Shown here: piece by piece, positions 24,704-38,029 of the stretch | How positions within the stretch are numbered: position 1 is the stretch's first letter | Layout of the letters: every line of letters begins with the position of its first letter | Assembly (NCBI GenBank): GCA_964016885.1 | Contig: OZ024742.1 | Location: forward strand, 76,260,001 to 76,324,000 | From: Eledone cirrhosa | Lineage: Eukaryota | Length of the DNA: 64,000 bases | Direction of reading: 5' to 3' | The notes under the pieces: generated by a model | Told to the model about the DNA's origin: nothing | Database searches by the model: none | Seen by the model: the letters and a program-made list of their open reading frames with translations, nothing else | Translations under genes and position numbers: made by a program

Positions 24704-26285
24704 CTTCTTCTTCTTCTTCTTCTTCTTCTTCTTCTTCTTCTTCTTCTTCTTCTTCTTCTTTTTTTCTTCTTCTTCGCACACTTATTTCTGAGAGGGTCCT
24801 GCGCGCAGAGTCCTCAAACACTCCTTCCAACGGGTCCTTTCAGAAGCAACCATCCCCAATGATCTGGCAGGATCCCTAAACGATACGAATTCAATATTAT
24901 GGATGTTATCTAATCATCATGCTCGGGATCTACTCCTGGGTATCCTGCCAGTTGGTTTTGCCGAAAAAATCAGTCCGACGATTCTTTTCTCAGACATTCT
25001 AGCCCCATGAACATAGCATCGGAGCTGTGATCTCTCAATTCGTAGAAGTGGCGGTTCTACCTGGAATGATTCTCTCATGTCCGAGCTACGCATTCTATTG
25101 TGTAACTGTACACCAATGACCCTTTGGAGGAACTCCATTTCGGCCGCTTGTAATCGTTTGTCATATTCTTTTAGTCATTACCCAAGATTCATGACCATAG
25201 GTAAAGGTTTGTACAAATACCGAATTGAAGGTAGCGATTAAGGCTTTTCCACCTAACTCCTATCTGATTACCGAATGCTAAATGTGGCGCATTACTGCAC
25301 CAACTCCTGCAATTCAGGCACTTAAGTCGGCATCCTGCCTTCCATCACACATGAATACGGCTCGAAGATACTTGAACTTCTCAACCTGCTCCAGTGAAAC
25401 TCCATTCACATGTAGATTGCACTGTGCAGGTTTCCTTTACCAGACTAGTGTTTCAGATTGCACAGCACTGCTTTTTTATTCAGGATGCAACACTCGGCAT
25501 CAAACCTATCAATTGTAAGTCTGTGATGACGTTCTGTCGAGTTGCCTATCACCATGTCCTTTGCAAATCCCAGCCGACTGATTTTGCACACACCAGTCGT
25601 GATACCACTTACATCCCTGCTGCGCATGCCAATCATGTTTATAAACATAATGAATAGGAGAGGGGAAAATACGCACCCAGGTGGGGTCCGACACCTATAT
25701 TGAATGGTTTCGATTTGGCACCATTTTTCCTAACACAAATACTTGGGCGTAGGCCGCAATGTTCATCAGCTAGCTCGAACTCGACAATCTCCCCTCATCT
25801 CTTTGACATACACGTGTCCGTACACTTTAACAAGGATATTCCTCTGTAATTGGAACAATCTCTCTCGACGGCACTTTTGAACATTGGAATTATTTCTCAC
25901 AAATTGCCATTGCTTAGTTGCCATTCCAGAGATACTGGCTACCCAGCACACACGATCGTCCAGAGAATACCTTCTCTATATAAGGCTTCTAACACCTCGG
26001 GCCTGAGATTAATTTCCGTAGCTGCCTTGGCACATTTGATCTCTTTAACTGCTCTTGTGATCTCAGGCTCTGGGAGAGTAGTCACCGCTCCCAGATTCAC
26101 TTCGTCTAAATCAGAACATGCTGTTGTGATCAGATTTAGGCGATCAGCAAAATATATTTACCCGCTTGCGAGGATGCACCTCTCTGAAGAGAGAACCCCA
26201 GATGCGTTTCAGGTTAGCAGGTGTGGAGAAGGACTTCTTTTTACGAAGTCGGTGGATGGCGTTCCCGAACCATCCATAGCATCTT
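24704..26285 (-). mobile_element. Decayed 5'-truncated RTE (Expander/Rex3-like) LINE with (GAA)n tail
   Basis: Minus frames give YGHESWVMT, AAEMEFLQRV, EPPLLRIERSQLR, PTGRIPR. (TTC)n at 24704-24775. Confidence 0.85.
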
Positions 26286-27959
26286 AAAGAATATAAAAAT
26301 ATATTTCATTTGATCAAAATAAGTCTTTTTTTATTCGGTTATATCTGGAAAAGGGGGAAGTACACCTGAACAGCTCTATATCCCTGGAGAAGGTGCGATG
26401 CACTTGCTGTTAAAGTCTGTTAAAGTTACGAGTAAAATTAGGTTCAATATTTGCGAGAAAGTCACGTGCAAAGATAGAATTCGGGAAAAAGTTATTTTCA
26501 GTATTAAATGGGGGTAAATAATATAAATGATATGTATTAATATTCTTTATGTAAATTCATTCATATATGAAGGAAATTCATGATATTTTTTATTCATAGT
26601 ATAACAGAGATACAACAAATATAAATGGTTCAATAAACCTTGTATATTGACACTTAGGTTTGGATGACAGGGAACAATCTGAAAGCATATTATTTTCAAA
26701 ACTAACGCTCGAAACCTAACTTGATACAAATCAGCACAATGAAATCCATCTACATATATGATCCATTTTTATCTCTATATTGTGGATGCGAAACAAATTT
26801 GTATGTTGGAAAAATTTACGTAAATGTACATATACAGATTTAGAAATACATTATTTTTGACGCCGACCGGTTTATGATTATCAACTGCATTCTAGAAAGA
26901 AAATAACCATAGAATGTGTTTCATATTTGCATATGCAAATGAGAAACATATTCTATGGGTATTTGGTGCTAATGGTGTGCATTATGTTTGCTTAGCTGAG
27001 AAAAATAATACTAGTTCATGATACGAAGTATCATATATTTCAACTGTCATATATAAAGGAATATATTTCAAATGAGGAACAAAAGAATATTAAAAGCATG
27101 TCAAATAAATATTATAAAGCTTGGAGAAAAGTTTCCAGAATCTGTGAGTATGACCTATAAAAAAAATTCAATATCTCATTCAAACTTTTAGGTTTATATA
27201 CTGTTTTTTTTTTCGTAAAAGTATCTATAGATGTTATACACCATAAAACCAACGATAACTCTACGTAGCTGAAGTTCAAGTTGAACTTGTATTGAGTAGG
27301 TGTCTTTTGGAAAATACTGCATTTCAATACAATTCAATTCCAAACTAAGATAATATTTTGTTGTACACGTTGAATCAAGATAAACAATGTTTCATACTAG
27401 TCAAAAGTTAATATTTATCGAAAACTGTCTCATTCTTCTCTCACAGCTGAACATATTTTCTATTGGAAACTTCACTCCCTTTATTCGGTGTAATCCTGGG
27501 TATGGTGTTTTGTGGAAACAAACGGTTGCCAATACATGCCAATTTCGATATCCACTCCAAAGATGTTGGACAGTAGAAAGCGAATTGCCGATAGAGATTG
27601 GGACTAAAGTCGTCGCAACACATTTTCCTCTTGGTTACATTAGAGGAACATGAAATAAAATGATTGCCAATCACAACTTGCCTCATGCTCCTGGAACGAA
27701 AAACAATTCACCTTATGTTTGTAATTCCAACACCATAACTACTCGTAATCTAATTTTGTATGTAGCAAAACTAGATTATAAACTAAACACTCTAAGAATA
27801 TAATTTATTTTCTATTGTTATATTTGTGGAGTGTCCTGTTGTCCTAATATTGCAAAAGAATAGTAAAACACACTTGTATTTCGCTTCAGTTTATCTGTGT
27901 TTTTTTTAAATTCTATTAATAATTCAGCTGGCAATCAATGTTTACCATTGATTGACCAA

Positions 27960-28500
27960 TAGTTAAAAATATAAATATAAATATAATTTCTCAAAGTTCA
28001 TTCCACAAATTTTCCTGTGACATCTTCAGAGATTATCGCTGTGTTTACCCCCGATGTTCTTTTAAAATGTTTTAGTTTTTGTTTTCTCTGTTTGAATATG
28101 CATTTGTGTGCATGTATTCTGTTTGATGTGTGCGCGTGCTTTCCTGCCTGAGTGAATTGTTATGTGTTTATATTCTATCTTTTGTCACTATTGTGTGTTT
28201 GTGTGGGGGTGTTGTTATTCCGGTTCTTTTCATATTTATCATGAACGTCTGTTTTATCTTTTCAGCCTGTTTTTTATTTATTGATAATTTCTCTACATTA
28301 GTTGTAAAGTCTCTAGTTTATATTTTAGATTTTTTTCCATTCTTATTATTCCTTTTACGCAACAGGAAACAGTGTCTTTCAATACACAACTAGTTTGACA
28401 CAAGCCTCTGTTGTGGCGACGATCTATTTGTTTTGCAAGATTTTTTATATGAAAACGTGTGTTGATATAGATATTGTCATATTTGGGGTGGGTCATTTTG
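27960..28500 (-). mobile_element. Inverted, diverged copy of the terminal repeat of the adjacent PLE
   Basis: 28418-28496 reverse complement (MTHPKYDNIYINTRFHIKNLAKQIDRR) matches 29715-29795 (MTLPRYENICINIRFHIKNLAKQIHRR). The motif acagcgataatc-ctgaNga is shared with 29576-29595. Confidence 0.65.
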
Positions 28501-28659
28501 TCTGAATATTACCAGTATGCTTAACACATGGCATCCGAATACCTAATGCACAAGAAAGCGATGTTCAATAGTGCTGAAAAATGTCTCCCTCATGATCCAA
28601 CTGAACTAGAAAGACACGTGCTGTTTTAGATTTCTTTCATCCATCGTATGTAGTTCTCT

Positions 28660-29800
28660 AGCTACAGTAAAAGGGACAGGATCCGGGTATAGAGGGGGTC
28701 ATGGTGATATACAAGACCCTCATAGAAATAGACATGGAAGGGGTTTGCCCATTGTACAGAAGCAAATCATGGAATAGCATAGACATAACTAGGACAAAGA
28801 TAGGGAAAGGTAACTCATGGTACGACAAAGAGAGATACCAGGGTATCATATTCGTGGATGCAACCCATGGAGGTGAACTAGCTAATCAATTTAGAAAAGC
28901 ACTAAGAAAACCCTATTTAAATATTAAAGTGGTAGAATAGCCAGGAACAACCATAACATCCCTGATCAGTGAATCTTACCAGTTTAAGAAAACCTGCTGT
29001 ACAAATAAGAAATATATACTATGTAGAGTCAGTCCATATATACATTGTAAAACTAGGAACGTAGTCTAAAGCATAAGCTATACAGAAGGTAAATGCAGAA
29101 ACATGACAACGGCGTACACAGGAGAGACAGACCGTAGCATAGGAGAGAGGATACATGAACACTAAAATGAAGAAAAGGATGAAAAGACCATTCAATACTA
29201 TATGAACACACCAGACTAAAACATGTTAGTAAAATAGACAACATAGAAGATAATATAATATCGAAACATAGGAATGACTCTACACTTAGACAAATTTGGG
29301 AGGCTACAGGAATATAATTAAAACAAAACCTAGTCTAAACATAAAAGTTAAGTGGAATAACAACGACTATACACAAAAACACACTAGGGTTCAAAGAGAG
29401 ATTATAAATATACACAGATTCAATAATAGCAGCCCCACACAAACACATATAAATGACCAAAGATGGAATATAAACACATAAAAGGACGCAGACTCACAGG
29501 AAAAGAGAGCACCAACCAAATAATATACACGCACATAAAGAAAAAAAAAACGTTTTAGAAACTCAACGGGAGGAAACAGCGATAATCACTGAGGATGGTC
29601 AATTAATGATAAACTTTGATTGTCAGCTAAATTATTTATATAAATATAAAAAGAATATAGTGAAACTGAAGCAAGAACCAAACCGACAGTGAATATGATT
29701 TTACTAAGGACAACATGACCCTCCCCAGATATGAAAATATATGTATCAACATACGATTTCATATAAAAAACCTGGCAAAACAAATACACCGCCGCCAATA
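28660..29800 (+). mobile_element. Decayed Penelope-like element 3' part (linker, GIY-YIG, pseudo-LTR)
   Basis: PLYRSKSW, IFVDATHGGELA, IKVVE*PG, CKTRNVV, TGETDRSIGERIHEH, RQIWEA. Confidence 0.75.
29581..29624 (+). ncRNA. Degenerate type I hammerhead ribozyme (G12 lost)
   Basis: Helix I gataatca/tgattgtc (8 bp), core CTGAGGA, helix II gtca..tgat, then AAAC instead of GAAAC. Confidence 0.5.
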
Positions 29801-30966
29801 TATTTCCTATTTTATAATTGATGGTGTATTAAGTTTCTCATTTTATATTCCCAATACAACAGACTGTTTCTTTTGGTTTTTGAGAATTTTTAGGAAAGAT
29901 GTAATTTATTTGGCAAAATCAGTCCAAGGCATAAATTATTTTATTAAATCCCTTGCTGCATTTGAACACACGATTTAGAGAATTTCGAAAAGAGGTACAT
30001 AGTTTAATACAATTTACTGGTCCAGAAGTGTCATTTTTATTATTTGAATAAAATACATATTTCTGTATAGCCTTTAAATTTGATAGACCTATCGTTTAAG
30101 ATTTTCTACCGTATTATTTATTTATTCCTCTACTTACTATGAACAGCATCTGCACAACCTCTCTTCCTGCTATTAATAGCAACCAAATATCCGTTTTAAT
30201 TCGGTTATTTCGCTTCATTTGCTATTTGAACGAAATAAAACCAATTTGTACAATTTAAATATGTTTATACTGGTTATACTGATATAAACATTTATAAATT
30301 AGTTTAAGTTGGTTCGTGTCATTTAGTACTACCAAATGATATTGAATTGATTTGAGCAGAATGGCGTTGGTTCAAACCAGTTTAACTAGTTTTAAGCAGG
30401 TTATTAAGTTTTCCTTCACGTTATTTGCGATCTTGTTGGTTTTATTTATTAGTAGTTTTTCAAATTAAATTGGAAATATTAAAACGGAAAGATCCAGTTT
30501 GCATCAATTGTGAATAGTTTCATAATGATTATAACATATAATACGATCTTATAACGTAAATATTAATGAAGTGAACAATATTTTTAATAGTGTGATAAAA
30601 ATTAAATTCAACAGAATACACAATTCTACGTTCATTGGAATATTAGAACAAATCCTCGACAAAGTCAAAAGAAGTATTCTGTGTTAACCTTTAACTGTTT
30701 CCTCGATCTGTTTGAAATAATTCAAAATACATACAAGTAAATACCCACCGTCCGAGATATGAATATTCCACACAACGCTCCATAACTCCATAATATCCAA
30801 CAGCACCTATAGAACACCTTCCCCGACTACATTGCGCTACAATAGGGTAGCCTATAATAGAATAAAAGGCAGCACACTACTTTAAAGCATAAGGAGCCAT
30901 AAACATAGCATACTATCATATTAGATTATAACATTCCATGTCACTATTTATTATTTGGTCATCCTA

Positions 30967-31154
30967 GGGCGGTGATTGGCAGTACCGGGAGAGGGTCGGT
31001 CAACATGCTTTGCAGCAAAGAGTTACGGCCCTTAATGGTCTGAGTTCAAATCCCACCGAGGTTAACTTTGCCTTTCATCCTTACGGGGTCGATAAAAATA
31101 AAGTGCTAGTGGTACACTGGGATAATTGCTGGCCTTGTGCTAAAAGTAGAAACA
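30967..31154 (+). mobile_element. Full-length SINE with 17-bp target-site duplication
   Basis: A and B boxes plus core. attatttggtcatccta occurs at 30950-30966 and 31155-31171. Confidence 0.92.
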
Positions 31155-31796
31155 ATTATTTGGTCATCCTAACTCCGAGTCTTTTAATCCATTACATTAT
31201 TCTTCTCTTTTCGACGTTTTATGTTAACATTGTATTGCTTACTTTTGGTGATAAAATTGATATGGATATATTTCACGTAATGATTATGTTAGTATGAAAT
31301 ATTCAGCCAAATAAATCAGATACTGTACCCGTAAAACGTATACTATAAAAGTATGTGTCTATCTCTTTAAATTATTGTAAATGCACAATTTAATACTTAT
31401 ATTTGGTGTTTGATATATGCACACTTGTTTGACATGAGGTCTTTATGTAATCACTAAAAATTGTTACTTTTTATTGGTAGTTACACATTAAACGCGCATT
31501 TAAAATATATAAAGTAAAATCGAAATGTTGTATGCATGGACATGAAAGAGATGAGTGCTGAATAGATGATATATTAAGAAACTATTATAGAAAGAAACCG
31601 CAAGGATCCACGACTGAGTGCAACACCAGCTCTCGTAAGCGAGCCAACGATCACGAGAATGTCAACACACTAACAACTCATCCTATATGTTGCATTTAAT
31701 TAAACATTCTAGACCGAAAGAGAGATTTGTAAAAAATGTACCAATATACATAATCGATTCCTTTACTAGTCTTATCAAGAAATTGTATTCACAGTT

Positions 31797-31864
<68 letters not shown>

Positions 31865-31865
<1 letters not shown>

Positions 31866-32740
31866 TTTATTAAAATAACAGATTAAAGTTTAAGCAAATA
31901 ATCGCTGCTTTCACCCTTAACAGGATCTTCTGAAACTAAAAAAATTCAATCTGTGAACGCAGCAGTAAATATTTCGAAAAACCTTGCAACCGAAGGAAGA
32001 CTGGAGGACGATACTTTGGTTCGTGGAAACGTTCCCTGCCAATGAACGAAAAAAAAACGAAGATAATACGCCATAATTTGGTGCGTTGAAAACAATTACA
32101 CACAAAGACAAAACCACGTTTATGGTATACCTGAAGTGGTAGACTAAAATTCTATTTAGGAAACCGAATGATTCACGGCTTCAGAGTTACGAATAATGTA
32201 AATAAATTACAGAGGTAATTGAAATCAACAAAAATTAAATATATACATGCACGCATCCAAATACGTACATACACATGCATACGCGAAAACACCTGTCATG
32301 GGTATGCAAATACAAGCACGTACACAAAAAAACACGCACGCTCATACAGAACCCGCGCAGCCCCTGTTCCTGCATACATACGAACGTATACACCAAATAC
32401 ACATAAAAATATATATAAAAAAATATATAATAGAATATAAAAGAAAAACGAACACAGATATATACATATATTTGTTCAAATCGCAAGGGACCAGATTCGA
32501 TAAGGTGAAAAGAATACTAACTAGAGACAATTGGGTTTGCTTGTCTCAATTTAAGAAAAAATCTAGAAAATAAATACAAACCGGAATTGTGGTAACTACC
32601 AATCACCAAGATAACTTTTTGATGTTTCGCAATGTTAATTGTGAATAGAATTATCAATTCAAGCTCATCAGTGGATGATGAATTAGTACCCTAGACACTT
32701 ATAAGTATATTAAGAAACTGAATAGTGTGCTATATATAAT
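31865..32740 (-). repeat. Hammerhead-bearing non-coding repeat family X, copy 1
   Basis: Reverse complement aligns with 32899-33225, 33446-33750 and 36598-37266. Confidence 0.85.
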
Positions 32741-32898
32741 AGCATTTTCTTGTAAAAGACTATTTTGAGTACCTAACTCACTATATACATTTGATATATT
32801 CGGCTCCGTTAATTTCTTGAGCTATTTCAAATGTCGAATAGACCTGGCTGCTATTTTTAGTGGTGTAAGTTTGTGAGACCCGCTAAGATGCCATGTGC

Positions 32899-33830
32899 GC
32901 TATTATATATAGCACACTATTCAGTTTCCTAATATACTTAGAAGTGTCTAGGATACTAATTCATCACCCACTGATGAGCTTGAATTGATTGGTAATTCTA
33001 TTCACAATTAACATTGCGAAACAACAACAAGTTGTCTGGGTGATGGGTATTTAGCACAATTCCGGTTTGTATTTATTTTCTTGATTTCTTCTTAAATTGA
33101 GACAAGCAAACCCAATTGTCTATAGTTAGTATTCTTTTCACCTTAGCGAATCCGGTCTCTTACGATTTTAACACATATATGTATATATGTGTGTTCGTTT
33201 TTCTTTTACATTCTATTATAATATACGGCGCGGAAATATCTCTTTCTTAGAGCTATTTTGTTGTAAGAGACTATTTTGAGTTCCTAACTCAATATATACC
33301 TTTTATATAAACATATATATATGTGTGTGTGCATGTATACATATAATTATATAAACGTATATAATTATACACACATAAATGCGTATATAACGTGCGCACA
33401 CACATACCTACATGTAAATACATATATGTTCGCTAAACGTACGTCTCCACAAACCACCTAATAGACTATTAGTCTACGACTTCATTTATACCATAATCGT
33501 GGTTTTGTCTTTGCGTGTAAATGTTTTCCACGTTACAAATAATGACGTATTATCTTCGTTTTTTTTCGTTCTTTGCCTAGGAACGTTTCCACGAACAAAA
33601 ATATCGTCTTCCTGTCTTCCTTCGGTTGCAACGTTTTTCGAAATATTTACTTCTGCTTACACAGATTGATTATTTTAGTTTCAGAAGATCCCGTTAAGGG
33701 TGAAAGCAGCGATTCTTTGCTTAAATTTAATCTGTTATTTTAATAAATATTTGTTCTACGGTTCTTATATATTTGATATATATTTATCCTTATCGACCCC
33801 TCATTGGATTTTAGTCTTCAAATTTATTAT
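32899..33830 (+). repeat. Repeat family X, copy 2 (inverted partner of copy 1)
   Basis: Contains the canonical hammerhead at 32962-33045 and the U4A variant at 33677-33727, then AATAAA and (TA)n. Confidence 0.85.
32962..33045 (+). ncRNA. Canonical type I hammerhead ribozyme with extended helix II
   Basis: Helix I catcaccca/tgggtgatg (9 bp), CTGATGA, helix II closed by GC..GC, GAAA, helix III acaac-aacaa-gttgt, GTC triplet. Predicted cut after 33036. Confidence 0.88.
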
Positions 33831-33912
<82 letters not shown>

Positions 33913-34314
33913 TCCTACCCCCCACCCCTCTATCCACACACGCACATACACTCCGACCTACAAACCCCCCCCCCCACATACACACACACCTCTTCCTGAA
34001 CATGCAACCCCGTTCTTCCCCCAACCCTTACTTTCACATACACACACACACACACACGTACACATACACACACACACCACCTTCAGCCCTCCCCGCTCGG
34101 CCACCCCGTCTCCCTCTCCCCACTCCACCCGCCACCACCCCTACACACCCCACACCCTTCCACCACCTGTTTTACCCCTTTTTAATTTCAGTTTATTTTG
34201 ATCATGCTTTATTTTTACTTTTATTTTTAATTCCATTTGCACCGTTTCCTTTCGCTATATGTCTCTCCACCACTCTCCTACACACCCTTTGAACTCTGTT
34301 CCCACACACTTCTC

Positions 34315-34346
34315 ACCTGAGGAAGGGCTTATGCCCGAAACGTCGT
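34315..34346 (+). ncRNA. Minimal type I hammerhead typical of PLE pseudo-LTRs
   Basis: ac-CTGAGGA-a-GGGC ttat GCCC-GAAACGTC-gt with palindromic ACGT helix III. AATAAA and (TA)n follow. Confidence 0.75.
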
Positions 34347-34434
34347 TCCCCACCACCACCCCACTCTCCAGAGCGTGAAATTAATAAACATTCGTTGTAC
34401 TGCCTCTCTGTTTTGTTCCTGTTCAGATTTTTCC

Positions 34435-34489
<55 letters not shown>

Positions 34490-34536
34490 TGGTGTGTGTG
34501 TGTGTGTGGTTGTACATATAAATATATATATACATA

Positions 34537-34890
34537 TGGGTAGGCCATGGACAAAAGAATAGGCCTGAACGACAGCAACATATTCGATGGTTACGTTGAG
34601 GCTGAACTCTTAGTCCAAGCCATTTGCCCGAGCCCTGAGTTCTATCGCCGTTATATCGACGAATGTATTGAAGCCACCTCACGAAGCCTATAGCAGCCCC
34701 ACTCCATTTGATCTTTTCTCTGGAATTTCCAACTCACAGTCTGACTTCACCATCTCCATCTCTTCTCTCCACTTGCTGGACATGTCCGTCCACATTGACA
34801 CCACCCATCATTCCCTCATCACCTCCAGCTTCTTTATAATATCCGTCTCTTACTCCTACCTCGACTTCATCTTATCCAACTCATAGCAAA
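34537..34890 (+). pseudogene. Penelope-like reverse transcriptase core fragment
   Basis: AMDKRIGLNDSNIFDGYVE..FYRRYIDECI (cf. AMG..GP.YANLFMG.VE..RYIDD), then SLHLLDMSV..SYLDF. Confidence 0.75.
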
Positions 34891-35033
34891 ACACCAATAT
34901 TCAGCCATACAAACCCAAGCACACACGCATAAACACAGTCACATTCATAGAATAATAATCCCATAAACTCCAAATACACCAACATTTAGTCACATATTAT
35001 TATTGTGTTCAACTATATTTTGGTGTTGTTTGA

Positions 35034-35106
<73 letters not shown>

Positions 35107-35109
35107 CCC

Positions 35110-35165
<56 letters not shown>

Positions 35166-35225
35166 ACCCTATGTGTGTATATATATATATATAACCGTAT
35201 TTAGTGTCCAATCCGTATGAAGAAC

Positions 35226-35404
35226 ATAATTGTTTCTACTTTTGGCACAATGCCAGCAATTACCCAGTGCATTACTGGTACTTTATTTTATCGACCCCGT
35301 AAGGATGAAAGGCAAAGTTAACCTCGGCGGGATTTGAACTCAGAATGGCAAAGACCGTAACTCTATGCGTCAAAGAATGGCGTCCGACCCTCTACCGATA
35401 CTGC
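35226..35404 (-). mobile_element. tRNA-derived SINE
   Basis: Reverse complement of the same SINE family with B-box gagttcaaatccc. Confidence 0.88.
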
Positions 35405-35685
35405 ATCCAACTATAGAAGATATCATGAAAAGGGATAGTGCATTCGAAATTTAACGATAAAAATCATAGTAAAACAGAGTCAAGATAAATTAATTAAAAC
35501 AATGAAATAAAAACAAAGAACAGGTTTCTTATATTGAAAAAAAAATCATCATTTTACGATCGTTTTTGGGATGTGTATATGTGTGTATTGGTATGTATAT
35601 GATATTAAAGATCTATGTAAAAAAATATTACAAATTATCAGAGGTGATATACATACCTTCACCTATATATGCTATCTTCAGAAAT

Positions 35686-35734
<49 letters not shown>

Positions 35735-35735
<1 letters not shown>

Positions 35736-36220
35736 AAATTTGAAGACTAAAATCCAAAGAGGGCTCGATAAGGATAAATATATATCAAATACATAAGAAC
35801 CGTAGAGCAAATATTTATTAAAATAACAGATTAAAGTTTAAGCAAAGAATCGCTGCTTTCACCCTTAAAGGGATCTTCTGAAACTAACAAAGTCAATCTG
35901 TGAACGCAGAAGTGAATATTTAAAAAAACGTTGCAACCGGAGGATGACAGAAAGACGATACATTAGTTCGTGGAAACGTTCCCTGGCAAAGAACGGGAAA
36001 AATCGAATATAATACGTCATTATTTGGAGCGGTGAAAAACAATTACACGCAAAGACAAAACCACGTAAATGGTATAAAAGTACTCGTAGACTAGTATTCT
36101 ATTAGGTGGTTTATAGAGACCTTCTCTAGCAATGAACGGAAAAAACGAAGATAATACGTCATATGTGGACGGGGATAACAATTGCACGCAAAGACAAAAC
36201 CACATGTTATGTTTATACAA
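35735..36220 (-). repeat. Repeat family X, copy 3 (3' segment)
   Basis: Matches 33446-33830 in reverse and has an internal duplication of about 130 bp. Confidence 0.85.
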
Positions 36221-36597
36221 TTACTTATTTGTATAGGTAAGTATATATTACCTGTATGTTTTGTGAAGGTACGTATACTTTCTCGTACGTATATTTGATT
36301 GTATATGTTATGGCGTATATATTATATATTCTGGTACATATGCTTTTGGTTATGTGTATACGTGAGTTTTGCGTCTGTGTGAGTATGTGTGTCCGTACGT
36401 ATGTAGGGTGTGTGTATATGTGTACGTCGTGTTTTGGTTGACGTAGGTCTCTGAACATATGTGTATTTACTTGTAGGAATGTGTGTGCGCTTGTTATATA
36501 CGTATTTACTTATTTATATACGTTTATTTAAATATATGTATACACGCACACACTAACACACACACACACACATATATATATATATTTATATATATTT

Positions 36598-37266
36598 TAT
36601 GTGTATTTGGTGTATACTTTCGTATGCGTGCGAATACAGGCGTTGCGTGGATTCTGTATGTGCGGCGGTTTTTTTTTTTTTGTACGTGCGTCTGATTGTA
36701 TACCTATGGCGAGTGTTTTCGCGTTTGCTTGTGTATGTACGTATATGGATGCGTGTATGTATTTATTTAATTTCAATTACATCTGTATTTTATTTACTTT
36801 ATTCTTAAATCTGAAGCGGAGAATCATTCGGTTTCCTAGTTAGAATTTTAGTCTACGCCTTCAGTTATACCATTTACGTGGTTTTGTCATTGCGTGCAAT
36901 TGTTCTCCTCGCTCCGCATATGACGTATTATCTTCGTTTTTTCTGTCCATTGCCAGGGAACGTCTCTATGAACCACCTAATAGAATATTAGTCTACGACT
37001 TCTTTTATACCATAAACGTGATTTTGTCTTTGCGTGTAATTGTTTTTCCCGCTCCAAATAATGACGTATTAAATTCGTTTTTTCCCGTTCTTTGCCACGG
37101 AACGTTTCCACGAACCAAAGTATCGTCTTCCTGTCTTCCTCCTGTTGTATCGTCTTTCGAAATATTCACTTCTGCGTTCACAGATTGACTTTGCTAGCTT
37201 CAGAAGATCCCGTTAAGGGCGAAAGCAGCGATTCATTGCTTAAACTTTAATGTTATTTTAATAAAT
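36598..37266 (+). repeat. Repeat family X, copy 4 (inverted partner of copy 3)
   Basis: Matches 31865-32405 in reverse and ends aataaa-(TA)n. Confidence 0.85.
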
Positions 37267-37401
37267 ATATATATATATACACACATTTTCTACTAGAAAG
37301 TTCCATATAAGTATGTAAACATAGAGGCAATATTGAAGCTTTAACAATTACAATTATTGATGCAAAATTATAAGTATAAAATATGTATATATATATATAT
37401 A

Positions 37402-37650
37402 TGTCGGGAGGTGGATGAGTGTGTTCCTGTTTCTTAGTGTATAATTACACATATATATGTAAGCTGGGCACACGAGAAGAGGGACGTATTTTTGCCTGCG
37501 GCATATCACATTATCGGATTTTCATCTGAAGTTAGCGTTCGCATAACAACAATAAATGCATAAGTTACGTCATGTGTTGCATAAGAGAACCGGTGAAATA
37601 ATAATTTTGAATAAACGATTCATGTAATATCAGCATTTTCTTAATGTTAT

Positions 37651-37657
<7 letters not shown>
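37402..37657 (+). mobile_element. Possible solo LTR in (TA)n
   Basis: Begins tgtcggga, ends ttctgata (decayed inverted terminus), has AATAAA, and is flanked by TA tracts. Confidence 0.3.
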
Positions 37658-37709
<52 letters not shown>

Positions 37710-37732
37710 TATATATACATTAATAATAATAT

Positions 37733-37915
37733 TTTTCCGTTCTTTGCCAGGGAACGTTCCCACGAGCCAAAGTATCGTCTTCCTGTCTTACTTCGGTTGC
37801 AACGTTCGTTGAAATATTTACTTCTGCGTTCACTGATTGACTTTTTTAGTTTCAGAAGTTCCCGTTAAGGGTGAAAGCAGCGATTCTTTGCTTAAACTTT
37901 AATATGTTATTTTAA

Positions 37916-37920
<5 letters not shown>
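37733..37920 (+). repeat. Repeat family X, copy 5 (short 3' segment)
   Basis: Matches 37080-37266. Confidence 0.85.
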
Positions 37921-37966
<46 letters not shown>

Positions 37967-38029
37967 TCATATAAACTCACAAACACGAATACATGTGTGT
38001 GTTTGTGTGCGTGTGTGGAGACACATGTT

